Source of the DNA: Eubacterium sp. CAG:841
Lineage (GTDB): Bacteria > Bacillota > Clostridia > Oscillospirales > CAG-272
DNA: 64,000 nt
Direction of reading: 5' to 3'
Assembly: GCA_000437375.1 (NCBI GenBank)
Contig: FR898237.1
Span: 7-64,006, forward strand
In this document: piece after piece, positions 17,519 to 27,456 of the stretch
How the letters are laid out: each line of letters begins with the position of its first letter
Position numbering within the stretch: the first letter of the stretch is position 1
Notes under the pieces: model-generated
The model's input: the letters and a program-made list of their open reading frames with translations, nothing else
Database searches by the model: none
What the model was told of the DNA's origin: nothing
Program-made: the position numbers and the translations under genes

Positions 17519-17596
17519 GCGTTCGGGATCATCTGTAACACAATTGAAACATTGCTCTTTGCAACGCCTTTATAATATAATAGGTAGAAAACAATT

Positions 17597-17633
17597 AAAA
17601 TCCCCGCCTGCCGGACTCGACAGACGGGGATTT
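17597..17633 (-). terminator. Terminator of rny
   Basis: On the minus strand: AATCCCCGTCTG...CAGGCGGGGATT followed by TTTAATTGTTTT. Confidence 0.7.
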
Positions 17634-17717
17634 GCGGTTTATATATACTCGGATATTCCGATAATTTTCACTTTGACAATCTATATGAAAATCTATATTA
17701 TCCGCTTTTGCGGGATT

Positions 17718-19280
17718 TTATTTTGCGAAATCCACTGCGCGGCTTTCGCGTATAACGTTGATCTTTATCTGGCCCGGATACTCAAGCTCTTCTTCGATCT
17801 TCTTTACGATGTCTCTTGCGACAACTATCATCTGATCGTCGTTTACCTGTTCGGGTTTTACCATTATGCGGACTTCTCTGCCCGCCTGAACGGCATATGA
17901 TTTTTCAACGCCGGGGAAGCTGTTGGATATTTCTTCGAGTTTTTCAAGACGTTTGATATAACTGTCAAGGTCTTCTCTGCGCGCGCCGGGTCTTGCTGCG
18001 GAAACAGCGTCGGCTGCGGAAACAAGCACCGCAATAACCGTTCTCGGTTCAACATCGCCGTGATGAGCCTCAATAGCATGGATAACGTCTTTGTTTTCTT
18101 TGAACTTACGTGCAATTTCAACGCCAAGCTGAACGTGAGAGCCTTCAACCTCCTGCGTGAGCGCCTTGCCGATATCGTGCAGAAGTCCCGCTCGTCTTGC
18201 AAGGACAGGATCTGCGCCAATCTCGCTTGCCATAATTCCCGCGATATAAGCGACCTCCATAGAATGGTTGAGTACGTTCTGACCATAGCTTGTGCGGTAT
18301 TTCAGGCGTCCGAGCAGCTTTATTATTTCGGGAGAAAGTCCGTTCACGCCGGTTTCGAGCGCTGCGTTTTCGCCCGCCGCCTTTATGGATGCTTCAATCT
18401 CTTTGCGGGCTTTTTCAACCGTTTCCTCAATACGTGCCGGATGAATACGTCCGTCGGAAATAAGTCTTTCAAGTGTAAGCCTTGCAATTTCTCTTCTTAT
18501 CGGGTCAAAGCAGGAAAGCGTTATTGCCTCCGGCGTATCATCGATTATAAGATCGCACCCCGTGAGGGTTTCTATCTTGTGAATATTTCTTCCCTCTCTG
18601 CCGATGATTCTTCCTTTCATTTCGTCGCTGGGCAACGGAACAACGGATACCGTCGTTTCCGAAACCTGGTCGGAAGAAAGTCTTTGAATAGCGAGGGAAA
18701 TGATGTTCTTTGCCTTGGTGTCGGCTTCCTCGCGCAAATCGCTTTCGATCTGGTTGAGTCTGACTGCGGCTTCTCTTTTCGCATCGGTTTCTATACTTGC
18801 AACAAGCTCTGCCTTTGCGGTTTCAGCCGTATAACCTGAGATTTCTTCAAGTTTTGCCGTCTGAGCGGCTATTGTTTCTTCGATTTTCTCTTTCAGTTTT
18901 TCAACTTCTTTTGTCTTTTTGTTTAATGCCTCGTCTTTGCGTTCGTAATTTTCGATCTTCTTTTCCAGCGCTTCTTCCTTTGCAAGTGCTCTGTTTTCAA
19001 GTCTGATTATTTCCTGACGGCGCTCTTTATTTTCACGCTCGGCTTCAGTCTTGGCACGAAGAATATCTTCCTTCGCTTCGACGATCATTTCTTTTTTCTT
19101 TGCTTCCGCCTCTTTTACGGCTTCTTCGGTAATACGTTTTGCTTCACTCTTTGCTGAGTTTATAAACGCTTTTGCTTTTTCGGTTTTCTTTTTTGTAATA
19201 AGCGTTGAAACAAAGAAAACGATAAGCCCGACTGCCAGACCGACAGCGGCGGCTATAAGATAAGTTGTCAAATTATCCAA
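17718..19280 (-). CDS. rny: Ribonuclease Y
   Basis: TTG start at 19280 with an AAGGAGGTG RBS. Has an N-terminal TM helix, a Lys/Glu-rich coiled coil, a KH domain ([11 protein letters not shown]) and an HD domain (LLHDIGKA). Confidence 0.92.
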   Translation of the reverse strand: MDNLTTYLIAAAVGLAVGLIVFFVSTLITKKKTEKAKAFINSAKSEAKRITEEAVKEAEAKKKEMIVEAKEDILRAKTEAERENKERRQEIIRLENRALAKEEALEKKIENYERKDEALNKKTKEVEKLKEKIEETIAAQTAKLEEISGYTAETAKAELVASIETDAKREAAVRLNQIESDLREEADTKAKNIISLAIQRLSSDQVSETTVSVVPLPSDEMKGRIIGREGRNIHKIETLTGCDLIIDDTPEAITLSCFDPIRREIARLTLERLISDGRIHPARIEETVEKARKEIEASIKAAGENAALETGVNGLSPEIIKLLGRLKYRTSYGQNVLNHSMEVAYIAGIMASEIGADPVLARRAGLLHDIGKALTQEVEGSHVQLGVEIARKFKENKDVIHAIEAHHGDVEPRTVIAVLVSAADAVSAARPGARREDLDSYIKRLEKLEEISNSFPGVEKSYAVQAGREVRIMVKPEQVNDDQMIVVARDIVKKIEEELEYPGQIKINVIRESRAVDFAK

Positions 19281-19387
19281 ATTATTTTCGCACCTCCTTG
19301 CAGTGTTTTTTAATATATGTAAGCGATATCAATGAATCAAGTCCGGTTTAACTGATAAAAACGCATTTTTATCACTATACAAGTATT

Positions 19388-19417
19388 ATTATACATTATA
19401 TTATTGTTTCCTGTCAA
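19388..19417 (-). promoter_or_regulatory. Candidate sigmaA promoter of rny
   Basis: On the minus strand: TTGACA (19417-19412), 18 nt, TATAAT (19393-19388). Confidence 0.45.
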
Positions 19418-19473
19418 GCGATTTTGCATATATTGAACAGTTTTAATTTCTATTTATTATGACATTTTACGCC

Positions 19474-19503
19474 AAAAAAGCTCACGCATTTGCGTGAGCC
19501 TCT
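19474..19503 (-). terminator. Terminator of the Lrp/AsnC gene
   Basis: On the minus strand: GGCTCACGCA-aa-TGCGTGAGC followed by TTTTTT. Confidence 0.75.
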
Positions 19504-19517
19504 TGATTTTTGTCATA

Positions 19518-19991
19518 TCAAAGCTTTTCGTCGTCGGGATCGACAGGCGAAACGCGGTTTTTTACACTTGACATAACTATCGATGTTCTCGTTGACGAAA
19601 CACCCTTTACGCGTTTCAGCTCATCGAGCAGCTTTTCGAGCGATTTTGTGGTATCCGTACAAACTTTAAGAAGAAAATCGCTGTTGCCGGTAACAACGTG
19701 GCATTCCATTACCTCCGGATGTTCGGCGGCAAATTCGTCCATAGCGCCCGTAGCGCTTACTCCCGGAAGATAGTCCGTACTTACATCGATAAACGCGAGA
19801 AGATCTCTTCCTATTTTTGACGGATCGAGTATTACGGTATAACTTTTTATTATTCCTGTAGATTCAAGTCGCTTTATACGCTCTATCACCGCAGACACCG
19901 ACATATTTATCCGCGCTCCTATTGCGGATGCGTTCATTCTGGAATTTTCACTCAGGCAAGCAAGTATTTTCTTGTCCACACTGTCAAGCAT
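19518..19991 (-). CDS. Lrp/AsnC-family transcriptional regulator
   Basis: MLDSVDKKILACLSENSRMNASAIGARINMSVSAVIERIKRLESTGIIKSYT... shows an HTH plus a RAM-type C-terminal domain. Confidence 0.85.
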   Translation of the reverse strand: MLDSVDKKILACLSENSRMNASAIGARINMSVSAVIERIKRLESTGIIKSYTVILDPSKIGRDLLAFIDVSTDYLPGVSATGAMDEFAAEHPEVMECHVVTGNSDFLLKVCTDTTKSLEKLLDELKRVKGVSSTRTSIVMSSVKNRVSPVDPDDEKL

Positions 19992-20086
19992 TTGCTTTCC
20001 TCCTCAACATTTAACGTAAATTTCACTCTTATATTGAATTCTACCATTATTTTTAACGGAAGTAAAGAGGTTTTTCCGAAAAATAA

Positions 20087-20115
20087 TTGAAACTTGCTCC
20101 GTGCGGTGATATAAT
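20087..20115 (+). promoter_or_regulatory. SigmaA promoter of galactokinase-family gene
   Basis: TTGAAA (20087-20092), 17 nt, TATAAT (20110-20115). Confidence 0.55.
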
Positions 20116-20152
20116 ATCTGCATAACACAAGAAAAAGCAGGTAGAATCCCAT

Positions 20153-21412
20153 ATGTTCGAAAAAAATAAATTTTCTGAAAAAATAAAGCCCGCGCTTTCG
20201 GCAATGTATCCCGATGCGGACGCTGCGGAAAAACGTTATGCGGACGCCGTCGAAGCGTTTTTTGCGCTTTACGGCGAAACCGATGAGTTTTCGGTATTCT
20301 CCGTTGCGGGAAGAAGCGAAATATGCGGAAATCACACAGACCACAATCACGGTCAGGTGGTAGCGGCATCTATAGATCTTGACATAATCGCCGTTGCGAA
20401 AAAAGCGGACGGCACAATCATAAGAGTAAAAAGCGAAGGCTTTAACGAAGACATAGTCGATATTTCGTCGCTTGAGCCGCAGGAAAACGAAAAGTTCCGT
20501 TCATCTGCACTTATTCGCGGCGTTTGCGACGGAATTATCGGCAGCGGCGGCAAAGCGGGCGGCTTCTGCGCCTATACAACATCAAAAATACTCAAAGGCA
20601 GCGGGCTTTCGTCGTCTGCCGCATTTGAAGATATGATAGGCACGATAGAAAACCACCTTTATAACGACGGAAAGTTCGATTTCACACAGATATCGATCAT
20701 TTCGCAGTATGCCGAAAACAAATTCTTCGGCAAGCCCTGCGGACTGATGGACCAGATAGCCTGTGCCGCAGGCGGCTTTGTTCATATAGACTTCGCCGAT
20801 CCAAAAAATCCCGTAACGGAAAGAATAGAATTTTCACCGGAAAAGTACGGCTATTCGCTTTATATCGTAAACACGGGCGGAAGCCATGCGGACCTCAACG
20901 ACGATTACGCCTCCGTTCCTGCTGAAATGAAGGCGGTAGCTAAGTTTTTCGGCAAAGAGGTGCTTTGCGGAATAACCGAAGACGAACTCGTCGAAAGCGC
21001 AAAAGCCATAAGAGAGGATCTCGGAGACAGAGCGCTTCTGCGCGCGCTTCATTTCGTGCGCGAAAACGAAAGAGTAAAACAAATATCATCTTACATAGCT
21101 TCCGGCGATATAAAGGGATTTTTATCCGTTATAAACGAATCGGGACGTTCCTCAGCTATGCTTCTGCAAAACTACTATTCGGTAAAAGCTCCGGACGAGC
21201 AAGGCATAGGACTTGCCTGCGCAATAGCCGAAAGCGTTATGAACGGAGACGGCGCGTGTCGTGTTCACGGCGGAGGCTTCGCCGGCACGGCGCAGGTATT
21301 CGTGCCCGCAGATAAAGAAGCCGCATTTGTCCGCGCTATGGAATGTGCGTTCGGCGCAGGATGTGCAACAAAACTTATGATCCGCCCGATGGGCGCAGTA
21401 AAGGTGTACTGA
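20153..21412 (+). CDS. Galactokinase-family GHMP kinase
   Basis: GRSEICGNHTDHNHG resembles the GalK signature. GHMP motif LKGSGLSSSAAF. The substrate is not assignable from sequence alone. Confidence 0.75.
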   Translation: MFEKNKFSEKIKPALSAMYPDADAAEKRYADAVEAFFALYGETDEFSVFSVAGRSEICGNHTDHNHGQVVAASIDLDIIAVAKKADGTIIRVKSEGFNEDIVDISSLEPQENEKFRSSALIRGVCDGIIGSGGKAGGFCAYTTSKILKGSGLSSSAAFEDMIGTIENHLYNDGKFDFTQISIISQYAENKFFGKPCGLMDQIACAAGGFVHIDFADPKNPVTERIEFSPEKYGYSLYIVNTGGSHADLNDDYASVPAEMKAVAKFFGKEVLCGITEDELVESAKAIREDLGDRALLRALHFVRENERVKQISSYIASGDIKGFLSVINESGRSSAMLLQNYYSVKAPDEQGIGLACAIAESVMNGDGACRVHGGGFAGTAQVFVPADKEAAFVRAMECAFGAGCATKLMIRPMGAVKVY

Positions 21413-21861
21413 TGTCAAACAAAAAGAAAAGCAGGCAGTCTCTGCCCGAAAAACCGGCGAGAAAGCCGATAAATTACAAAAAAATATTCGCGCTTATCGG
21501 CGCGATAATACTTTCAACCGTCATTTACTTTGGGCTTACCGAGCTTTCGGTCAGGCTTTCCGAAAATGCCGGCAGACAGATATATATTCCCGTAATAGAA
21601 ATATACACAATCGTCGTGGCTTTGCTCGTCTGTGCGATAGTGATAATAAACGCAGGCATGCAGCGAGGCGTCGATCCCACCGAGCTCGATCTTCCCGATT
21701 CATGGAGCGCCGAAAGAAAAGAAGCTTTTCTCCGCAGCGTTCCGAAGCGCAGAAAAGCCGTGAAAGTGCTTTCATTTATAATGATTGCAGTAATTTTCCC
21801 TCTCTTCTGCGAGATCGCATCGTGGTGGTTTGAAGCTGTAAAGAAGGGATTTTCGTCTTGA
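21412..21861 (+). CDS. Hypothetical small membrane protein
   Basis: Trimmed to the ATG at 21412 (TGATG overlap with the upstream stop). Basic N-terminus and about 3 TM segments. Its stop overlaps the next start. Confidence 0.5.
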   Translation: MSNKKKSRQSLPEKPARKPINYKKIFALIGAIILSTVIYFGLTELSVRLSENAGRQIYIPVIEIYTIVVALLVCAIVIINAGMQRGVDPTELDLPDSWSAERKEAFLRSVPKRRKAVKVLSFIMIAVIFPLFCEIASWWFEAVKKGFSS

Positions 21862-22631
21862 AAGCATACTCTCTTTTTTCTGGATCGTCGGGAAACTGCT
21901 TCTTTGTACATACCGAAAGCACGCGCCTTCTCATAGATTGCGGGGTAAGCGCAAGATGTGCCGAAAAAGCCTTGCAATCGCTGGGCTTTTCGCTTTCGGA
22001 CATAAGTGCTATACTTGTGACTCACGAACATATTGACCACACAAAAGGGCTTGAAGTGATTGCAAAAAACTATCATATCCCCACACACATGGAGGAGCTT
22101 TCCGCCCGCGCGCTGATAAAGGATCCCTCCTCTGCTCTTTTGCGTGAGCTGTATCTTTATCGCGGAGATTTTGAAATAAAAGTCGGCGATATTTCCGTCC
22201 GTGCTTTTGCCACTCCGCACGACAGCGCCGCATCCGTAGGCTATACGCTGGAATCCGGCGATGTAAAAATAGGCTTTGCAACAGATATGGGCTGTATAAT
22301 GCCGTCCGTTTGCGAAGCGCTCTCGGGTTGCAATGCGTCGGTTATCGAAGCCAACCATGACATAAACATGCTCCTGTGCGGACCTTATCCGTATCCGCTG
22401 AAGCAGCGTGTGCTTTCCGATTGCGGACATCTTTCAAACGACGCGGCGGCAGAGCTTATATATTCCCTCGCGGAAAGCGGAACAACCGGCTTTCTGCTCG
22501 GTCATCTTTCAAAAGAAAACAATACGCCGTCGCTTGCGCTCGACACGGTAAGATCCGCGCTCGGAGAAAATTCCGGCGTGACGGTGTCGGCGGCGGCTCC
22601 CGCCGAAATTTCGGAGCTTATAATAAAATGA
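21858..22631 (+). CDS. MBL-fold metallo-hydrolase (YycJ/WalJ-like)
   Basis: TTG start. MKAYSLFSGSSGNCFFVHTE...VTHEHIDH contains the HxHxDH motif. Confidence 0.8.
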   Translation: MKAYSLFSGSSGNCFFVHTESTRLLIDCGVSARCAEKALQSLGFSLSDISAILVTHEHIDHTKGLEVIAKNYHIPTHMEELSARALIKDPSSALLRELYLYRGDFEIKVGDISVRAFATPHDSAASVGYTLESGDVKIGFATDMGCIMPSVCEALSGCNASVIEANHDINMLLCGPYPYPLKQRVLSDCGHLSNDAAAELIYSLAESGTTGFLLGHLSKENNTPSLALDTVRSALGENSGVTVSAAAPAEISELIIK

Positions 22632-23110
22632 CAACTATAAATCTTATTTATGTAGGCAACATCAGAGAAAATTATCTTCTTGCAGCAGCTGCGGAATACG
22701 AAAAACGTCTTTCGGCGTATTGCAGGCTTGTCTGCACCGAACTGCGTGAGGAAAAACTTCCGGATGAGCCGTCGCAGGCGCAGATAGATGCCGCAATCAA
22801 AAAAGAAGGCGAACGGATACTCGCCGTTCTGCCGTCAAAAAGCAAAAAAATCGCTCTCTGCGTCGAGGGAAAACAAATCTCTTCGGAAGAGCTTTCCGTA
22901 ATGATAAAAGACGCGGAAAACGCAGGCTTTTCACAGCTTTCGTTTATAATCGGCGGAGCGTTCGGGCTTTCGCCGGAAGTGAAAAACGCATGCGATTTCA
23001 AGCTTTCACTTTCAAAAATGACCTTTACCCACCGCATGGCGCGCGTACTCCTGCTTGAACAGATATATCGCGCGGAAAACATAGCGGCAGGCGGAAAATA
23101 TCACAAATAA
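22628..23110 (+). CDS. rlmH: 23S rRNA (pseudouridine1915-N3)-methyltransferase RlmH
   Basis: Trimmed to the ATG at 22628 (ATGA overlap). SPOUT-type C-terminus: IIGGAFGLSPEV...LSLSKMTFTHRMARVLLLEQIYRA. Confidence 0.88.
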   Translation: MTTINLIYVGNIRENYLLAAAAEYEKRLSAYCRLVCTELREEKLPDEPSQAQIDAAIKKEGERILAVLPSKSKKIALCVEGKQISSEELSVMIKDAENAGFSQLSFIIGGAFGLSPEVKNACDFKLSLSKMTFTHRMARVLLLEQIYRAENIAAGGKYHK

Positions 23111-23123
23111 AGGACTTCTTTTT

Positions 23124-25052
23124 ATGGAATATCTTGCAGGAACGGCGGATGTGGCCGTAATAGGAGCGGGGCACGCCGGCGTTGAAGCGGCGCTTGCCTG
23201 CGCCAGACTCGGTTGCGACACCGTGCTTTTCACAATATCAAACGACGCTGTGGCAAATATGCCGTGCAACCCGTCGATAGGCGGCACGGGAAAAGGTCAG
23301 CTTGTGTTTGAAATAGACGCTTTGGGCGGAGAAATGGGCAGAGCTGCCGACAAAGTCATGCTTCAGGACAGAGTCCTCAATTCAAGCAAAGGACCTGCGG
23401 TACAGTCAAAACGTATTCAGGCAGACAGACGACTTTATCAGAGCGTGATGAAAAAAACAATCGAACACACGGATAATCTTCGTCTCGTTCAGGCGGAAAT
23501 CCGCGAAGTACGCACCGAAGATAAAAACGGCATACCCTCCGTTTGCTCGGTGGTGACAAGGCTTTCCGGCGTCTGGAACGTAAAAGCCGCCGTGATCTGC
23601 TCCGGCACTTATCTCGATTCGCGCGTTATCATCGGCGAAGTTATGTACTCATCAGGTCCTGACGGAATGCACGCCGCAGTAGGACTTACGGAATCGCTTA
23701 AAAAGCTCGGCTTGCACTTTCTGCGTTTCAAAACGGGCACTCCTCCCCGTCTTGACGCAAGAAGCATTGATTTTTCCGTGCTGGAACGTCAGGACGGCGA
23801 AAAAATAATGAAACCGTACAGTGCGGATACAGATCCATCAGTGATGTCATCACGCCCTAATCTTCCCTGCTATATTGCATACACAAATGAAGAAACTCAT
23901 CGTATAATAAGAGAAAATATTCACCGCTCTCCGCTTTACAGCGGCGAAATAAAGGGTATAGGCCCGCGTTATTGCCCCAGCATTGAGGATAAAGTCGTTC
24001 GTTTTCCCGATAAAACGCGTCATCAGCTGTTTGTAGAGCCTACCGGCGACGGCACGGGAGAGATGTATCTGCAAGGATTTTCCTCATCAATGCCAGCGGA
24101 CGTCCAGCTTATGATGCTCCGCTCCATGAAGGGGTTTGAGCATGCGGAAACCATGCGCAACGCCTATGCCATAGAATATGACTGCATTGATCCAACGCAA
24201 TTGTCTCATACATTAAAATTCAAAGCTGTGGACGGACTTTTCGGCGCCGGACAGTTCAACGGTACCTCCGGCTACGAGGAGGCTGCCGCTCAGGGACTTA
24301 TCGCCGGAATAAATGCGGCGCTGTCCGTAAAAGGCAAGGAAATGATTACTCTTCCCCGCCACAGCTCATATATCGGCACGCTTATAGACGATCTTGTGGT
24401 AAAAGGCACAAACGAGCCTTACAGAATGATGACTTCGCGTTCCGAATTTCGTCTGCTTCTCCGTCAGGACAATGCAGACAAGCGTCTTACCGAAATCGGC
24501 TATAAAATCGGGCTTATCAGTAAGGAAAGATACGAAAAATTCAAGGAAAAGCAAGCACTCATCGACAAAGAAGAAGAAAGACTGAACCGCACCGTGCTTT
24601 CTCCCACTCCTGAGCTTAACGCAATTCTTGAAAGCGCCGGAGAAACACCCGTAAAAACCGGTCTGCGCCTTGCCGAAGCGATAAGACGTCCGACCGTGAC
24701 ATACGAAATGCTCGCCCCCGTAGACAAAGACCGTCCCGTTCTTCCCGATGAGGTCGTTTTCACGGCGGTGACCGACATAAAATACGACGGTTACATCAAA
24801 AAACAGCTTGCGGAAGCCGAAAAATTTGAAAAACTTGAAAAACGTCTGCTCCCGGAAGGAACGGATTTCATCCATATAAGAGGTCTAAGCACGGAAGCGG
24901 CACAGAAGCTCGATCTTCACAAGCCGCAAAGTATAGGTGAAGCGTCCAGAATATCGGGCGTAAGCCCTGCGGACATCGCCGTACTGCTTATTTACCTTGA
25001 TTCAATATCGGGCGACCGACGCAGATATCCGAATTCGGAGGATAAAAAATGA
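23124..25052 (+). CDS. mnmG: tRNA uridine 5-carboxymethylaminomethyl modification enzyme MnmG (GidA)
   Basis: FAD motif VIGAGHAGVEAA, NPSIGGTGKGQL, and full-length GidA-like sequence. Confidence 0.95.
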   Translation: MEYLAGTADVAVIGAGHAGVEAALACARLGCDTVLFTISNDAVANMPCNPSIGGTGKGQLVFEIDALGGEMGRAADKVMLQDRVLNSSKGPAVQSKRIQADRRLYQSVMKKTIEHTDNLRLVQAEIREVRTEDKNGIPSVCSVVTRLSGVWNVKAAVICSGTYLDSRVIIGEVMYSSGPDGMHAAVGLTESLKKLGLHFLRFKTGTPPRLDARSIDFSVLERQDGEKIMKPYSADTDPSVMSSRPNLPCYIAYTNEETHRIIRENIHRSPLYSGEIKGIGPRYCPSIEDKVVRFPDKTRHQLFVEPTGDGTGEMYLQGFSSSMPADVQLMMLRSMKGFEHAETMRNAYAIEYDCIDPTQLSHTLKFKAVDGLFGAGQFNGTSGYEEAAAQGLIAGINAALSVKGKEMITLPRHSSYIGTLIDDLVVKGTNEPYRMMTSRSEFRLLLRQDNADKRLTEIGYKIGLISKERYEKFKEKQALIDKEEERLNRTVLSPTPELNAILESAGETPVKTGLRLAEAIRRPTVTYEMLAPVDKDRPVLPDEVVFTAVTDIKYDGYIKKQLAEAEKFEKLEKRLLPEGTDFIHIRGLSTEAAQKLDLHKPQSIGEASRISGVSPADIAVLLIYLDSISGDRRRYPNSEDKK

Positions 25053-25792
25053 ATAGCGACACCTTTTTTACCATCCTCGAACAAACGTTTGCAATAAATG
25101 AATTGTCGTTGCGGTTGCGGGAAAATCAAAAAGAACAATTGTTCAATGCAACAAATATAATACTTGAAAAAAACAAGGTTATGAACCTTACCGCAATATG
25201 CTCGGAAAACGAATTTGTCTCACGCCATTGGGCAGACGCTCTCACCGCTGCGGAATTTATTCCGGGCAACGCTTCCCTGCTTGACGTAGGGACAGGCGGC
25301 GGAATCCTTGCGCTGGCTTACGCGATCGTCCGACCGGATATATCCGTGCTTGCCATGGATTCGACCGCAAAGAAAACCGATTTCGTGGCAGAATGTGCGT
25401 CTGCCATCGGACTTAGAAATCTGAAAGTCATATCGGGGCGTGCGGAAGAGCTTTCAAAAAACAAAAAGTATCGCGAGCGATTTGATATTGCAGTAGCTCG
25501 CGCCGTCGCCGCAATGCCCGTACTTTCCGAGCTTTGCCTGCCGTTTGTCCGCACAGGCGGAGTTTTCTGTGCACTTAAAGGAAAAAACGGTTCGGAAGAA
25601 CTTTCGGCGTCGCTTTCAGCAATAAAAACGCTTGGCGGAAAAGTCTCGGAAGACAAATTCATTCAGCTTAAAGAAATCACATCCGAAGGTGTCGCCTCAT
25701 CGGACAGACACATTCTGATCATAGAAAAAATTTCAAAAACTTCGGACATTTATCCGCGAAGATATGCGCAAATAACAAAAAATCCGCTCTGA
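25049..25792 (+). CDS. rsmG: 16S rRNA (guanine527-N7)-methyltransferase RsmG (GidB)
   Basis: ATGA overlap with mnmG. SAM motif LLDVGTGGGILALAYAI. Canonical position after mnmG. Confidence 0.9.
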   Translation: MNSDTFFTILEQTFAINELSLRLRENQKEQLFNATNIILEKNKVMNLTAICSENEFVSRHWADALTAAEFIPGNASLLDVGTGGGILALAYAIVRPDISVLAMDSTAKKTDFVAECASAIGLRNLKVISGRAEELSKNKKYRERFDIAVARAVAAMPVLSELCLPFVRTGGVFCALKGKNGSEELSASLSAIKTLGGKVSEDKFIQLKEITSEGVASSDRHILIIEKISKTSDIYPRRYAQITKNPL

Positions 25793-25817
25793 TACGGCGG
25801 TCATTTCAACATATCGG

Positions 25818-25859
25818 CACGAAAAACAACGCTTCGACGGCGTGTTTTTCGTGTTTTTT
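25818..25859 (+). terminator. Rho-independent terminator after rsmG
   Basis: CACGAAAAACA...TGTTTTTCGTG (11-bp stem) followed by TTTTTT. Confidence 0.75.
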
Positions 25860-25900
25860 GTTTTTATCCGTGATATTATCAGCATATGGAGGTGATACGA

Positions 25901-26473
25901 ATGGACAAGCCTTCGCGCGAAAAGAAAGCCGCGTCAAATGCGGAACTCCCTTCCGAAGCAAGAGACGTAAGGCTTATAAAGCTCTCAGATATTTATCCCG
26001 ACCCCCTCCGAAAGCCGGGAAAATATGACGACGCAGAGCTTTGCGTCATCGCGCGGGGATTTTTACGGCACGGAATCGGATTTCCGATAACCGCCGCCGA
26101 AATACCTGAACTTAAAAATAAGTTTATGCTTATTTCGGGCGAAAAAATCTTCCGTGCCGCACTTATTGCCGGTCTGAAACGGCTTCCGTGCATAATTTCC
26201 GAAGAATATCCGCGTCACTTGCCGGAGTGCCGCGCTTCGGAAGAGATGTCGGCAAAGCCGTGCGTCGTCCCGACATCCGCAAATACTTTCGGCGGTGCCT
26301 CTCCGCCGCCGAAAAGCAAAATAGCGATAAAGGATTCCCGTTTTTTCTTCAATTCCGTGTATCATGCAGTGGATTTGATGAAACAAAGCGGAATTCCGGT
26401 ATCGTGCGGAACAAGAGACGACGGCGGGCAAACCGTTCTGATCATCACCGTACCCAAATCTCCTCCTATATAG
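25901..26473 (+). CDS. ParB/Noc-like paralog: ParB N-terminal domain plus short C-terminal domain, no HTH
   Basis: Start placed at the ATG at 25901 (GGAGGTG 6 nt upstream); an alternative ATG is at 25886. RLIKLSDIYPDP... looks like the ParB N-domain. The GERRxRA box is replaced by SGEKIFRAALIAGL. It occupies the noc position between rsmG and soj. Confidence 0.7.
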   Translation: MDKPSREKKAASNAELPSEARDVRLIKLSDIYPDPLRKPGKYDDAELCVIARGFLRHGIGFPITAAEIPELKNKFMLISGEKIFRAALIAGLKRLPCIISEEYPRHLPECRASEEMSAKPCVVPTSANTFGGASPPPKSKIAIKDSRFFFNSVYHAVDLMKQSGIPVSCGTRDDGGQTVLIITVPKSPPI

Positions 26474-26486
26474 CGTATGGCGGAAA

Positions 26487-26502
26487 TGTTCCACGTGGAA
26501 CC
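26487..26502. promoter_or_regulatory. parS site 1
   Basis: TGTTCCACGTGGAACC compared with the Firmicutes parS consensus TGTTNCACGTGAAACA. Confidence 0.8.
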
Positions 26503-26524
26503 TACGAGCGCAGACAAAGCGCAA

Positions 26525-26540
26525 CGTTCCACGTGGAACA
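26525..26540. promoter_or_regulatory. parS site 2
   Basis: CGTTCCACGTGGAACA. The 14-bp core GTTCCACGTGGAAC is identical to site 1. Confidence 0.8.
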
Positions 26541-26615
26541 TTTTTATTTTAAGAAAAATATGGACATTTTTCTTCTGTCACTGTCTGTTTAAGAATACGT
26601 TTTTCCCGATTATAC

Positions 26616-26644
26616 TTGACTTTAAGCCTTCAAAGTGATATACT
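26616..26644 (+). promoter_or_regulatory. SigmaA promoter of soj-spo0J operon
   Basis: TTGACT (26616-26621), 17 nt, TATACT (26639-26644). Confidence 0.55.
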
Positions 26645-26680
26645 TTTTACATTAAACGAAAAAGCAAAGGAGCAGCGCCT

Positions 26681-27442
26681 ATGGCGAAAATAATATCGTT
26701 TGCAAACCAAAAAGGCGGCGTAGGAAAAACCACGTCAGCCATAAATATCGCCGCAGGCACAGGACTTAAAGGCAAAAAAACGCTTTTGCTCGACTGTGAC
26801 CCTCAGGGCAATGCCTCAAGCGGCGTAGGAATAAGAAAATCACGCATAGGAGCGACAACTTACGATATACTTATAGGCAGAGCGCGCGCGGAAGACGCTA
26901 TAATAAAGACTGATTTTGAAAATCTTTCCGTACTTCCGTCGAGCATGCCGCTCGCAGCGGCAGAACTTGAGCTTGCCGACCTCGACGATCGCGCTTTCAG
27001 ATTGAAAAATGCGCTCGAAAGCGTGAAAAGTGACTTTGATTATATTTTTATAGATTGTCCGCCATCACTCGGAATGCTCACAATAAACGCACTGACGGCA
27101 AGCGACGGGGTTATTGTCCCGATGCAATGCGAATATTTTTCGCTTGAAGGACTTACACAGATACTTACGACCGTAAAACAGGTAAAAAGGTTGTACAATC
27201 CGCAGCTTTCGCTTACGGGAATTCTTATAACAATGCACAACGGAAGGCTGAATCTTTCCGTGCAGGTGCTGGACGAGCTGAAAAAACATTATGCGGACAA
27301 GTTGTTTTCCGCGCCTGTATCACGCAATGTAAGACTTTGCGAAGCACCGAGCTTCGGAATGCCGATACAATATTACGATAAATATTCAAAAGGAAGCTCG
27401 GCTTACGATGATATAGTAAAAGAGCTTCTTGAAAGAACATAG
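26681..27442 (+). CDS. soj: Chromosome-partitioning ATPase ParA/Soj
   Basis: MAKIISFANQKGGVGKTTSAINIAAG contains the deviant Walker A motif. Confidence 0.93.
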   Translation: MAKIISFANQKGGVGKTTSAINIAAGTGLKGKKTLLLDCDPQGNASSGVGIRKSRIGATTYDILIGRARAEDAIIKTDFENLSVLPSSMPLAAAELELADLDDRAFRLKNALESVKSDFDYIFIDCPPSLGMLTINALTASDGVIVPMQCEYFSLEGLTQILTTVKQVKRLYNPQLSLTGILITMHNGRLNLSVQVLDELKKHYADKLFSAPVSRNVRLCEAPSFGMPIQYYDKYSKGSSAYDDIVKELLERT

Positions 27443-27456
27443 AAAGGGGAAATCAC

